From Escherichia phage EC100, in sequence record NC_105587.1: 64,000 nucleotides of DNA. One strand, 5' to 3'. Position 1 is the stretch's first letter. Each line of letters begins with the position of its first letter. The notes beneath the pieces were generated by a model. That model saw only the letters and a program-made list of their open reading frames with translations, did not search any database and was not told the origin of the DNA. Both the position numbers and the translations under genes were made by a program. This document shows positions 1 to 9,840 of this stretch, one piece after another.

Positions 1-19
1 ACTATTTCAACCTTAATTA

Positions 20-754
20 TTATGCGACTTTTAATTTCTCAATATATTGTTGCGGGCTGCAACTATATTCTGCGCGTTCTTCTTCGGTCATACTTTCCCA
101 ACATAATTGCAGGCGGTCGGCTAGGAACTGATAATCATTATCATCCTCAAGAGATTCATCAATAAAGGTTTCGCCTATCAATGTGACACCGATTGATAGA
201 ATATCGTTAATAGCTTGCGCGTCCAGCGTTTTAAACCCGTATGATGCCGCCGCCGATAGCACGCCTTTATGATCGTCGATCATCGTAAAATCAGCGTTTG
301 GATATAGCTGTTTAAATAGCTCAAAGTAATGGCTTTTATATATAGCGTCTTTACTGTGGTATATTTCGCTAACTTTATCAGCTTCAAAATATTTGTGTAG
401 TGTATCACGGGAAAATACGCGGATATTACTATTACCACGACCACGCAAGCCTTGTTTGCGCAGGAAGTAATAATCTGATTTGCTCATTAGTCGAGCGGTA
501 CAAATAATGTTTAAAGTATTTGCGTCATTCATGCACTGGCGCATATATTCAACCAATGGCAATAAAGTATCCTGCATTATTAAATGATGTTTACACGCTT
601 CATTTTTATACTTATTTAAATCTAAATTGCCCTCATTATCAAAGCAAGGCGCGACACGATGGAAAGAATTAACGATAGTGCCGTCTAAATCCCAAATCAT
701 AACGCGGGAAATATGCGGGAAGCTGCGGGAAATATTCATAATAGCTTTATTCAT
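20..754 (-). CDS. dmp: 5'-deoxyribonucleotidase Dmp (HAD-family phosphatase)
   Basis: 244 aa; HAD motif I 'IWDLDGTIV' near N-terminus; GGAG RBS; size/position as T5 pre-early dmp. Confidence 0.8.
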   Translation of the reverse strand: MNKAIMNISRSFPHISRVMIWDLDGTIVNSFHRVAPCFDNEGNLDLNKYKNEACKHHLIMQDTLLPLVEYMRQCMNDANTLNIICTARLMSKSDYYFLRKQGLRGRGNSNIRVFSRDTLHKYFEADKVSEIYHSKDAIYKSHYFELFKQLYPNADFTMIDDHKGVLSAAASYGFKTLDAQAINDILSIGVTLIGETFIDESLEDDNDYQFLADRLQLCWESMTEEERAEYSCSPQQYIEKLKVA

Positions 755-841
755 TTTGTTACGTTCTCCATTAAAGGGATTAGATTAATTCAATCTAGCC
801 CACTAATTATATTTTATTAGTGGGCTATGTTCAATTAACTA

Positions 842-1240
842 TTAGAACGCCAGACCAAAAGCAAGAGCATCAGCGATAAAACTAACATCCTCACCTGATA
901 CATGGGAACGAATACCCGCGCAGGTATATACTTTTGCGCTGATCAATTGATCATCGAGGCAAGCGAGGCAAGGCGCGACAACTGCAAAGGCTAGACCGGA
1001 TTTTACGGCGTCAATGATAATCGTTTCTTGTTTCACTGTGTCAACATAAACACCTGCGGCCTTAATGTAGCTACTTGCGCGGCCTTGCGTATAGGCAAAG
1101 GTAGTAACCTGCAAAGCGTCATTGAAATCTAACAGATCATCAATAACGTGCCCCGCCTCGACGTGGTAACGTTCACCATTAGAATAAACCAGAACAATGG
1201 AAGACTGAGCGCGATCGAATGGAATATTTTGCTTTTTCAT
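842..1240 (-). CDS. hypothetical protein
   Basis: 132-aa ORF, compact spacing with neighbours. Confidence 0.5.
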   Translation of the reverse strand: MKKQNIPFDRAQSSIVLVYSNGERYHVEAGHVIDDLLDFNDALQVTTFAYTQGRASSYIKAAGVYVDTVKQETIIIDAVKSGLAFAVVAPCLACLDDQLISAKVYTCAGIRSHVSGEDVSFIADALAFGLAF

Positions 1241-1278
1241 ATTTATAAAACCCCAATTAGTTTAATAATGGATTTAAT

Positions 1279-1536
1279 TTATTTGATAATAATCTGCATC
1301 TGGTACGGCGTTAATTCACCGTTTACGGGTAAATTATTATCACTTAGCCACTCATAAAAAGCGCCATCGTCATCAAAAGGAACAATATCATTATCACGGG
1401 AATCGACGGAAATAATACCATCAGTATTAGTTTTGGCGGCTAGGATAGGCCCGAAGCTGTAAACTTTATCGGATTCCATTTCATCCGGTGAAATGAATAC
1501 TTTTTCGTCCAATGTTTTGGGTAATGTAACTTTCAT
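1279..1536 (-). CDS. hypothetical protein
   Basis: 85-aa ORF directly downstream of A1. Confidence 0.45.
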   Translation of the reverse strand: MKVTLPKTLDEKVFISPDEMESDKVYSFGPILAAKTNTDGIISVDSRDNDIVPFDDDGAFYEWLSDNNLPVNGELTPYQMQIIIK

Positions 1537-1591
1537 TTTTTGTGACTCCTGTAATAGCGGCTATATTTCAAGCCGCTAGGGAATAATTTAA

Positions 1592-3256
1592 TTACGCAAA
1601 GAATTTACCGTTCTTAAAGTCAATCAAAGTGCGTTGACCGTTTGCATAGGTAATTAAATGCGTTTGCGTCCAGCTTGACGCGCCAACGTTGTAACCCATA
1701 TCCAGACTACCCGCTACGCCAGCGGTATATACACCGCCGTAAATGCTGGCGGTGTGAGTGTGCCCCGTGTTTAACTTGCCCAATTTCTTAAACTGTTTAG
1801 GATTGCCACGGCTGCCGTTAATGCCATTGTGACCGTGTACGCCACATTCAATGCCTGCAATCTTGAAAGATTGATCAGTGGTCAGGAAAATGGCGTTAAA
1901 TTCACAACCTGCAACCTTGCGCAACGCATAATCTAGCACGTTGAACGTTTCGTCGTGTTCACCGATTGCCGCATAGATTGCAGCATTCAGGCGGTGATAC
2001 AGTTCCGCGTTCGCGGGATCGTCTTTGATGTTAGCATTACGATCATCAAGCCAACGGGATAGCGCCAAATCGTGATTAGATTCAACAATGATTGTTTGAG
2101 AAAAATCACGTTCCATTGATTCCAGCACGCGCCCAGTATCGATTAGATCATCCAAAACTTTATCACGTCCGGCGGCGTATTGTTTCGCTAGGAATACACC
2201 CGATGCGCGATTGTGATGGTTGCGCGATGTAAAATCATGCACGTCATGGATAAACTGATATTTTGGTTTAAGAATATCAAGCAAACTATTATCGCCAGCC
2301 CATGACGCAACGGCACAATCATCATCTAATTTTTCCGCATGAATATCGCCATACTGCAAGCCTAAAACATGCCCCGATGTCTCATAACATCCGGCGGGAG
2401 TAGCGCACACATTCAGATCATAAAACACCCCGCTTTCGTCCATTGTTTCAAGCTGGCGAACAAAAAATTCCCCATCCTCGTCGAACTCAACAATCAGCGC
2501 ACCGAAGTTATGCAGCGCCTCGGCCTTTTGTCCGGCTTTCTGCTGAATGTAGTTTTTGAGCGTTGCCGTTCCGGTTGAATACATACGGCGCACTACTTCA
2601 CCTTTTAAAGCTGGCACGCTTTCGGCGGTAATTTTAGCGTGACCAATCGCAAGCCCCTCAATATTGAGCGCGGTTGCAGTTTCTGCGAATCCTGAAAGCG
2701 GATAATCTGCGGTGGGCAAAACATTAATTTCAGCCATGAAAGCAAAACGGCGGTTATTTAAAAACACGTTTTTGCTGCAAATATATTTATCAAAAGCGGA
2801 ATCGTATTTAATACCGTCCGCACCTTCTCCATTCTGGAAGCCGTTTTTATTATAAATATACTTAGAAACAAGCAAATCAGCACCGATATATTCAGCGAAT
2901 TTTTCCAGACTTGCTAAAAAGTTTTTATGCGGGAAAGTATTATTCTGAATCGACGTAATAATAAAGCGTTTACCCTGTTTTACTTCCCATTGCTCAACCG
3001 TACTAGAAACAATTCCCGCCGCTTCTGGGCGCTCATCGTTTTTAATGGCTTTTGCTACTTTTGCCGCTTTCGGTTTAGCTGGTTTATTTGCTTCCAGCCA
3101 GTCGCAGATAGCGGTTGAATGCTTCGTTGTATCGTAGACCGCTTTTGATATATCGTCGCAGACTTCCAGTTTAGTAGCGCGCAGACGTTTACCATAGAAA
3201 TTAAAGTCAGCGGCCATTTTCAGGATAACAGTTTGCTTTTCTGCGGAAATAATCAT
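1592..3256 (-). CDS. A1: pre-early protein A1 (metallophosphatase-fold nuclease)
   Basis: 554 aa; calcineurin-like motifs 'GDIHAEKLD', 'GVHGHNG', 'GHTHTASIYGG'; size/position as T5 A1. Confidence 0.8.
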   Translation of the reverse strand: MIISAEKQTVILKMAADFNFYGKRLRATKLEVCDDISKAVYDTTKHSTAICDWLEANKPAKPKAAKVAKAIKNDERPEAAGIVSSTVEQWEVKQGKRFIITSIQNNTFPHKNFLASLEKFAEYIGADLLVSKYIYNKNGFQNGEGADGIKYDSAFDKYICSKNVFLNNRRFAFMAEINVLPTADYPLSGFAETATALNIEGLAIGHAKITAESVPALKGEVVRRMYSTGTATLKNYIQQKAGQKAEALHNFGALIVEFDEDGEFFVRQLETMDESGVFYDLNVCATPAGCYETSGHVLGLQYGDIHAEKLDDDCAVASWAGDNSLLDILKPKYQFIHDVHDFTSRNHHNRASGVFLAKQYAAGRDKVLDDLIDTGRVLESMERDFSQTIIVESNHDLALSRWLDDRNANIKDDPANAELYHRLNAAIYAAIGEHDETFNVLDYALRKVAGCEFNAIFLTTDQSFKIAGIECGVHGHNGINGSRGNPKQFKKLGKLNTGHTHTASIYGGVYTAGVAGSLDMGYNVGASSWTQTHLITYANGQRTLIDFKNGKFFA

Positions 3257-3346
3257 AGTAATAAAACTCCATTAAAGGGATTAGATTAATAATGGCAATA
3301 TTGCCAAATATAACGCCTCGAATAATAGGCGTTATAATTTGCAACA

Positions 3347-3544
3347 TTAATTTAAAGGCATCAGGCTAGAACTAACACCACAAGCAACGGCGGCAATAAA
3401 ACAAATCAGACCTAAACGCTTCGCTAACTTAGATTTACGTTTAAAATAATACGAATCTAAATCATTTTGAAAATAAGCGAATAATAGGGAGGCCGCCATA
3501 ATAAATAAGCCTAGAATTAAAGATTCAGTAGGGAAGAAAACCAT
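3347..3544 (-). CDS. small membrane protein
   Basis: 65 aa, two hydrophobic helices. Confidence 0.4.
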   Translation of the reverse strand: MVFFPTESLILGLFIMAASLLFAYFQNDLDSYYFKRKSKLAKRLGLICFIAAVACGVSSSLMPLN

Positions 3545-3598
3545 TTTTAAAACTCCTGATTTAAGGGAAGAAAATAACTATCGCTAAACAGTTATATT

Positions 3599-3623
3599 AT
3601 TGCCCCCTCACTAGAAGGGGGCA
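3599..3623 (-). terminator. hairpin terminator downstream of A2
   Basis: 9-bp stem TTGCCCCCT/AGGGGGCAA. Confidence 0.45.
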
Positions 3624-3634
3624 AGGTATAACTA

Positions 3635-4042
3635 TTATTCACCTGCGGCTTGTTTTACTTCATCTGCAACGCCTAACAGTTGCGCCACCGCGTCCAGCGT
3701 TTCCAGTTTAGCACTTTCAAGGCTTGCCAGATCATCGGCGTCTTTGATAATGCCGGAATCAATAGCATGTTTAGCGATAACGCGTACATAATGCGCTTTA
3801 CGGATTGAACTACCGCCGCCAACTTTGCGCGGCTTATCGCTTTTTTGATATGCTTTCGCGCTGGTCAATTTTGACCGAACGGATACAGGAGAAGCCGCGC
3901 CTACTGCTTTTGCAATCTCTTTCAGGCCGTCGCTATTTGCAAAATCTAAACCGTTTTCATTAATTAACTGCTGATACATGGAAACAGCTTTCTGAGTGTT
4001 TTCTTCATTCCATGCGAATTTTGCGGTTTTAGCGTTAGTCAT
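3635..4042 (-). CDS. A2: pre-early protein A2 (putative DNA-binding)
   Basis: 135 aa, immediately upstream of A1 in same orientation; shares leader motif with dmp and A1. Confidence 0.6.
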   Translation of the reverse strand: MTNAKTAKFAWNEENTQKAVSMYQQLINENGLDFANSDGLKEIAKAVGAASPVSVRSKLTSAKAYQKSDKPRKVGGGSSIRKAHYVRVIAKHAIDSGIIKDADDLASLESAKLETLDAVAQLLGVADEVKQAAGE

Positions 4043-4139
4043 GATAAAACTCCTATTAGTTTAATTTAAGGGATTAGATTAACTTAATGTTAATCGTTAT
4101 ATCCCCCTGAAATAAGAGGGATATAAAGTTAGCACTAAA

Positions 4140-4391
4140 TTATAAAACAGCTTCCCATTTTTCGTTGCGTTGAACAACCTTTACAACATCGCCGGATTTA
4201 ACGCGAACGCTAAAAACGGGTTTGCTGTTGTTACTGCGTTCCGTTTCAGCGTATACCGCGTCGATTGTATCAAACGGCATAAGCGCCGCGCCTTTAATAC
4301 GTTCGGCTTTTCCGGTTAATTCATCCGTTTTAGTAACGAAAGGAATAAAAACGGATTGACCAATTTTAGGCGCGGTAATAACGTTTTGCAT
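4140..4391 (-). CDS. hypothetical protein
   Basis: 83-aa ORF with AGGAG RBS. Confidence 0.5.
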   Translation of the reverse strand: MQNVITAPKIGQSVFIPFVTKTDELTGKAERIKGAALMPFDTIDAVYAETERSNNSKPVFSVRVKSGDVVKVVQRNEKWEAVL

Positions 4392-4617
4392 AATATAAAC
4401 TCCTAGTTATTTGGGGATTGTTCCGCATTACCTGCTAGAAAGTAGCAGGTAATAAGTAACAATCCGCTCGCCAATATAATCAATTTAAAGAACTCCACGT
4501 AGGCCGCTATATCCCGTTAGGGGGCGGGATGCTTTATGGTAAGCACCGACCGTCAAATTTTATCAAGTTATCGCTCTTTTCGAACTGGGTACATCTTAAA
4601 ACCTATCGGCTAGGCTG

Positions 4618-4821
4618 TCAAACAATTTTTTGAGATTTTTTATGATTTTCCCTCAGGTCAATCATAATGTTTCTCCAGATCATTTCTAAACCTTGCTGGC
4701 GACCTTGCAAATATTGCTTGAATCGCCATTTTACAGAATTTTGCGCTACTGTCAACAAGTTTTTTGTTTTGCTATCTAGTGCCTTGCTAGGCTTGCCAGT
4801 GATCAAAAGCGTTTGTTTCAT
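4618..4821 (-). CDS. hypothetical protein
   Basis: 67-aa ORF, weak RBS. Confidence 0.3.
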   Translation of the reverse strand: MKQTLLITGKPSKALDSKTKNLLTVAQNSVKWRFKQYLQGRQQGLEMIWRNIMIDLRENHKKSQKIV

Positions 4822-5332
4822 ATCGTCGATTCCTTATAATGAATAAGTTTACCGCCGATAGGCTTTAAGATATACCCAATTTTTAAAGAGCGTGGCGGTA
4901 AACTTCCCGCCGTGTAGTTCGTCATTGCCGCCCTACGAGATAAATAATAACAAACAACGAAAAAGGCGCAACCTTATTTTTGTAAAGAAATGTAAAGACA
5001 AACGCCACCGGACACCATGCGGCGATCTGGGCGCAGCGCATTAAAATTAAAAGAAACGGGCGCGCGATTACCACAAAATAAAGCAGATATGCAAGTAATT
5101 TTTTCATTTATATTTGCTTTGCCCTACTTGACAAAATCCAAAAAGCTCATGGCGGCGATAAACGGCTTATCCCCTTATGATGGGATGGCTAAAAACTTTA
5201 TTGCGTTCTGGAGCGTTTTAGGCCGCTTATTTTCGACTTAACAAATCATTAACATAAGCAAAATTGAAAAATAGTTTGAAAAGATCTTGACTTTTAAAAA
5301 TCAAGATCAAATGACTTATTTTATAAAATAAA

Positions 5333-5851
5333 TTAATTGACAATTCCATATTCAGCTTTTTTAATTTCAAGCCATAATAATAACTCTTGTAAATCATAAC
5401 CAGACTTACTAACACGCTTGTTAGTAATAGGATTCTTAATTTGAGCAGTCAAATAGTCACGCCCGTAATTATCACGGGGGCGAACTTTATTAACGTAAAT
5501 GTTTTTAGGGATACCATTAGCACGCTTACAGTTTTCATACTCACTAGGAGTGCGATTATAATTATTCTGCGAACTATCAACCGCGCGAAGATTCCAGATG
5601 TTATTATTACGAGTGTTACGATCAATATGGTCAATCATTAGCTCGCTATCTATACCGCCATTCATTATACAAAAGATAATTCTATGTACTTTGAATTGTC
5701 CCATGTCTAATAGTTCAACTTGCCAATAATTACCATTTAAACCACCTGCGATGGCGTGATCTTCTCGCCAACGTAAAAATGATAACGCTGTTTCATCATA
5801 ATAAAAGTAACTATTAAAAAGGTCATAGTCTATATCTTTATATTTAGGCAT
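5333..5851 (-). CDS. HNH homing endonuclease
   Basis: 172 aa; HNH motif 'IDHIDRNTRNNNIWNLRAV'. Confidence 0.7.
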   Translation of the reverse strand: MPKYKDIDYDLFNSYFYYDETALSFLRWREDHAIAGGLNGNYWQVELLDMGQFKVHRIIFCIMNGGIDSELMIDHIDRNTRNNNIWNLRAVDSSQNNYNRTPSEYENCKRANGIPKNIYVNKVRPRDNYGRDYLTAQIKNPITNKRVSKSGYDLQELLLWLEIKKAEYGIVN

Positions 5852-6040
5852 CTAATTGTTTCCTTATGTTATTACTTTAATCTCTATTATATTATATCAA
5901 AATGATTAGCAGACTAGCTAATGAGTTTTTCAGGATTAGTTAGCAGACTCATAATCACGGTAAAATCCTATTAGCCAACTAACTATATTTTACGATATAA
6001 TAACTTTATAAATTAGTTAGTGAGAAAAACTATCATTTAA

Positions 6041-6122
6041 GTTATCCACAGACTTAATCACAGCACAAAATAATTTGACACGATAGGCGGCGATATAAAG
6101 ACTTTTACACAGACTTATCCAC
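6041..6122 (+). promoter_or_regulatory. two DnaA-box-like sites (TTATCCACA)
   Basis: exact 9-mer at 6041-6049 and 6114-6122, both within ...CAGACTTATCCACAG... context. Confidence 0.5.
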
Positions 6123-6417
6123 AGCTTATTCTACTGTATAAATATACAAGGTAAAAAGGTAGTGTTAACAACTGCAATCAATTTTAAGCGGCCTAAAACG
6201 CTTTCTAACGAGCTAAATGCGGTGGGGTAATATTAAAGTAAAGCCTTCACCCGTCGCCCTGGTGGCTTCGCCGTGTTTTGCTCTTTATTGCACCGCTGCG
6301 CGGTTAGCATAAAATTAGGCGCTAGGCAAGGAGTAAAAAACATTTTCTTTTTTCTTGCCCCCAGCGAACAAATATCTATATCATTCACTCACCGATTAAC
6401 GAGGGAGGCCGAACAAA

Positions 6418-7427
6418 TGAGGCTGTATAAACCTGATAATGCCACCGTATTAAAGGGTGCATTGCGCAACCTGCTGGACGGTAGCAAGTCAACCAGCATT
6501 AAACATTTTATTAACAAGATTGAAACTACTCATCAAAACTTTTTTGATGACTATGATGCCTATGATATGGATAGTTTTTTGCCGTTGTATAAACAAGGGG
6601 CAACGCTTGTTTTATATAACCGTGATTGCCATATCTTTACAGGCAGGGGAGCAGGGCCGGATACCGATTTTATTGTTGCGCAGGGTAATAATATTGTTGC
6701 GTATCATAGCAATTCAGGCCGTCAATCATTTAATATAAATGTTTTTGAGCTTATTGGGCTTGATCTGATAAACGGACTTTCTAGCATTGAGGGATTTTTA
6801 GATGTTATCTGGAAGCATTTACCAGCTGGATGGTATAAGCCGGATAACGACGGATCTCAATATACTGGTATAATGGCTTTTGATGGCGATGGTAATTTTT
6901 TGTTACCACGGGAGTTATACCCGTATATTTATGATGGGGATATAGAAAGCGCTGGTTTTTCTTTCTGGAAAGATGAAGATCAGATTATTGACAGCGTAGA
7001 AAACCATGCTGTAAATTCTAACACTCAAAACGTTAATACTCAAACTACTGAAAACAAAGGAAAAAATACCATGACCAAGATTGCTAACATCGTTGCCGCC
7101 AATAAATCCGCTGTTGTAAACGCTGCAAAACTGGAAGCGGGTAAAATTGCATTAACTCAAATCACGAAAGTAGCGGCTAAAAAAGCACCGTTTATGATTA
7201 AAGGTTATATTGATACGCCTATCGGTCGAGTAGTAATTGCTAACCTGCTGAGTGTGGCGGTTGACCAGTACGCACCGACTAACCAAAAGGCGAAAGCGGT
7301 AGCAGGCGCGGCTATGGAAGCGGCAATGCTGGAAATGGTGCAAAGTTTTAACATCGCTGAAATGATTGATGAAATGGTGAAAGGTATTGATATTTCTACT
7401 TTTACCACTAGCACCGAAAGCGAGTAA
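6418..7427 (+). CDS. hypothetical protein
   Basis: ORF trimmed to ATG 6418 preceded by GAGGGAGG RBS; ~336 aa. Confidence 0.55.
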
Positions 7428-7436
7428 TAATATTTG

Positions 7437-7460
7437 GCGGGGATTGTTTCCCCGCTTTAC
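7437..7460 (+). terminator. rho-independent terminator
   Basis: GCGGGGA-loop-TCCCCGC then T-rich. Confidence 0.5.
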
Positions 7461-7492
7461 TATTCCCTTGTTAATTAATAGGAGGCTAATAA

Positions 7493-7987
7493 ATGGCTGA
7501 GGAAAAATACGGGTTTTCGCTAGGGGAGGAGAGCAAGGCAAAACATGATATGATCATTTTGGTCGATTGTCATACTGGCTATTGCGGTGAAGGGAATACT
7601 GAGGAATATTTTGTTCCTGCTGGTACGGATCTCGACGCTTTCGCCCATGAAATGGCTGTTGATAATGCTTCTCGTTTTGGTAGCGATGGTTACGAAGACG
7701 AAGAAACGGGCGATTGGTATGAGAATGATAATGTATATGCAAGCCTTTATCATTATCAATTAAGTAAATCCGGCACATATGTAAACGGCGGTGATCCTAT
7801 TAATTCCGTCATGAAATTAATTATTAAATATGGCGGCGTCGAGATAGTCGATAACAAAGCGGTAATATATGCAAACCGATTAAAACAGCTTGTTTATATC
7901 CCTGATAGTACCCGATGGGAGGAATATGCTGTTTTGCATGATGAATTAAAACGATGTTTCAATATTGAAACCTTACAAGTAGTTTAA
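7493..7987 (+). CDS. hypothetical protein
   Basis: 164 aa; AGGAGG RBS; followed by terminator. Confidence 0.55.
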   Translation: MAEEKYGFSLGEESKAKHDMIILVDCHTGYCGEGNTEEYFVPAGTDLDAFAHEMAVDNASRFGSDGYEDEETGDWYENDNVYASLYHYQLSKSGTYVNGGDPINSVMKLIIKYGGVEIVDNKAVIYANRLKQLVYIPDSTRWEEYAVLHDELKRCFNIETLQVV

Positions 7988-8000
7988 TGTAAAGTTTTGT

Positions 8001-8028
8001 AAAGGCCGCCTCTTATGGCGGCCTTTTT
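8001..8028 (+). terminator. rho-independent terminator
   Basis: AGGCCGCC-TCTTA-GGCGGCCT then TTTTTTGTT. Confidence 0.65.
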
Positions 8029-8094
8029 TGTTATAATGCCCTTACACCGTTTGAGGACGGTTGAAAATTTTCCCAAAAATTTTGGAGGCTTATA

Positions 8095-8325
8095 ATGGTT
8101 GCTTATTCTTCTTCTGACGCTCTTTTCACTGGAAAAGGTTGGGTATCAAATCGCTGGATCATTCAAGAAATGGTGCAAGAATACGGCATTGCTAAAACTT
8201 ACACTACCATTCAGGCGCTTTATGATAATGATCAAATCGATCAGCAAACGGCGGGCTTTTTACTGGATACCCTGAAGGCGGAACACTGTACTAAAAAACA
8301 AGCCGCAAAAATTATTTTAATGTAA
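8095..8325 (+). CDS. hypothetical protein
   Basis: 76 aa, GGAGG RBS. Confidence 0.5.
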   Translation: MVAYSSSDALFTGKGWVSNRWIIQEMVQEYGIAKTYTTIQALYDNDQIDQQTAGFLLDTLKAEHCTKKQAAKIILM

Positions 8326-8371
8326 CTAATAACGGGGCGTTACTTTCGCCCCACTAACTAGGGGAATAAAA

Positions 8372-8518
8372 ATGGTTATTTTTCGAGCTATTCTAGCAGG
8401 TATCTTGGGCGCTATTTTATCCTTTTTTGCTATAGCTTTCGACGTTCACGCGGTTATTATTGGTGCGGGTATCGCTGTTTTTTCTTATTTGCTGGGCTGC
8501 ATGAATAAAGGAGAATAA
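8372..8518 (+). CDS. tiny membrane protein
   Basis: 48-aa hydrophobic ORF (below ORF-track cutoff), GGGGAA RBS. Confidence 0.35.
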   Translation: MVIFRAILAGILGAILSFFAIAFDVHAVIIGAGIAVFSYLLGCMNKGE

Positions 8519-8520
8519 AA

Positions 8521-8733
8521 ATGATTCGTAACGTTTCCCTTGCTCGTTCAAAGGGTTTTAAGCTGGTGGACGTTAACACGTTCGAGCGGGAAGATTGTAA
8601 AATCGAATATGTAGCACGGAATAAAAACGCCTTTCGTGTTACAGAAAAGAGATTCGATAAGCGCGGCAACGTGATAGCTGAAACGGTTAAATATTTTGCC
8701 ACCTTTTACGCGGCCTTTCGTGGGGTGCTATGA
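8521..8733 (+). CDS. hypothetical protein
   Basis: 70 aa, start abuts previous stop. Confidence 0.45.
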   Translation: MIRNVSLARSKGFKLVDVNTFEREDCKIEYVARNKNAFRVTEKRFDKRGNVIAETVKYFATFYAAFRGVL

Positions 8734-8855
8734 AAAGCGTTGTTATTATTATCCTTGCAATGGTTGGCGGTTTTACCGCCACCTTATTTAAGAATGATCC
8801 CCTTTTACTGGGGATTTTTATGCTTTTATCTGGTTACCTGATTGGGAGGTTATAA
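8730..8855 (+). CDS. tiny membrane protein
   Basis: 41-aa hydrophobic ORF, ATG overlaps upstream stop (ATGA). Confidence 0.35.
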   Translation: MKSVVIIILAMVGGFTATLFKNDPLLLGIFMLLSGYLIGRL

Positions 8856-8856
8856 A

Positions 8857-9201
8857 ATGGTAATTTATGAGGGCAATCGCTTTGTTGCTAATTGCCGCCC
8901 GGCATTATTAGCAAACTACTTAAATCAGCTTTCACCTGAATATAAAGGCGTCATAAATATTTACGAGGGAAAGGCGCATTATAAGATCAACGCGGTCGTT
9001 GCCCGTGAACTAGCATTTCAATTTTTGACCTTCGCATCTTGTGATATTCAGGTCATGGGTGAGGCGTTAATTGCAGAAAATGAAGACGATTTTATTAATA
9101 TTTTTCGCAAGGTGTGCACCGAGCGCCTGATCATGAAAGGCGCGTATATTCAGTCAACTGCGGAAAGTATTGAAACAGCATTTAGGAAGGTGGCGCAATG
9201 A
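8857..9201 (+). CDS. hypothetical protein
   Basis: ORF trimmed to ATG 8857 (GGGAGG RBS). Confidence 0.5.
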   Translation: MVIYEGNRFVANCRPALLANYLNQLSPEYKGVINIYEGKAHYKINAVVARELAFQFLTFASCDIQVMGEALIAENEDDFINIFRKVCTERLIMKGAYIQSTAESIETAFRKVAQ

Positions 9202-9356
9202 AAAAAATTTTGATAGCTGGTATGTTTCCTTTGTTGCCTTATGTAATTTGCTGGGCTTTATATGCTCATGGTGCTAGTGTTCCCGGTGTGGCTTCATTTG
9301 GTGTATCGGCTGGTTTTCTAACCGGACTATTGGCAAGCGTATATTTACGCAAATAA
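9198..9356 (+). CDS. tiny membrane protein
   Basis: 52-aa hydrophobic ORF, ATG overlaps upstream stop. Confidence 0.35.
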   Translation: MKKILIAGMFPLLPYVICWALYAHGASVPGVASFGVSAGFLTGLLASVYLRK

Positions 9357-9374
9357 TTAATAACGGGAGTTATT

Positions 9375-9569
9375 ATGAGCAATAAAATTATTGTGACCAA
9401 AACTAGTACAATGGTTGATGTTTTTTACGTGCCCGATACGCCGGAAAACCGACAAGCGGTCGAGCGTGGCGAGTATGATAAAGTGATTTATGATCACGAT
9501 GGTTATTACCAGTATTTGGTCGATTCCTACGGGGAGGAGGAGAAGATCACGCATCAATTACCGGACTGA
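9375..9569 (+). CDS. hypothetical protein
   Basis: 64 aa, GGGAG RBS, followed by terminator. Confidence 0.5.
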   Translation: MSNKIIVTKTSTMVDVFYVPDTPENRQAVERGEYDKVIYDHDGYYQYLVDSYGEEEKITHQLPD

Positions 9570-9575
9570 CAACAA

Positions 9576-9598
9576 GCGGGGAGCAGATCCCCGTTTTT
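9576..9598 (+). terminator. rho-independent terminator ending + strand operon
   Basis: CGGGGA-GCAGA-TCCCCG then TTTTTC. Confidence 0.6.
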
Positions 9599-9750
9599 CA
9601 GGCCTGCAATCAGATACCCCTTTGTTTTAGTATCCCCGCCAAAATTAAACGCGTTAGAATGCGATTCAGGACGTTTTAAGCCTATATTAGAATTATTCAC
9701 TGCATAGGAATACTGTATATTTATACAGTAGAATAACCTGGGGATAAGTC

Positions 9751-9820
9751 TGTGGATAACGCTTCAAAATGGCTAGGATTCTGTCAAGTCAAATCGTGCT
9801 GTTGATAAGTCTGTGGATAA
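9751..9820 (-). promoter_or_regulatory. two DnaA-box-like sites (TTATCCACA on reverse strand)
   Basis: TGTGGATAA at 9751-9759 and 9812-9820, each within an 18-nt repeat GATAAGTCTGTGGATAAC. Confidence 0.5.
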
Positions 9821-9840
9821 CTTAAATAGCAGTGTTTCTC

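Noticed and set aside
2369-3118. ORFs 2369..2578 and 2927..3118 antisense within A1
   Set aside because: Embedded antisense to a well-supported 554-aa gene, no RBS.
6273-6417. N-terminal extension of ORF 6273..7427
   Set aside because: First in-frame ATG with a strong RBS (GAGGGAGG) is at 6418; upstream part overlaps promoter-like sequence.
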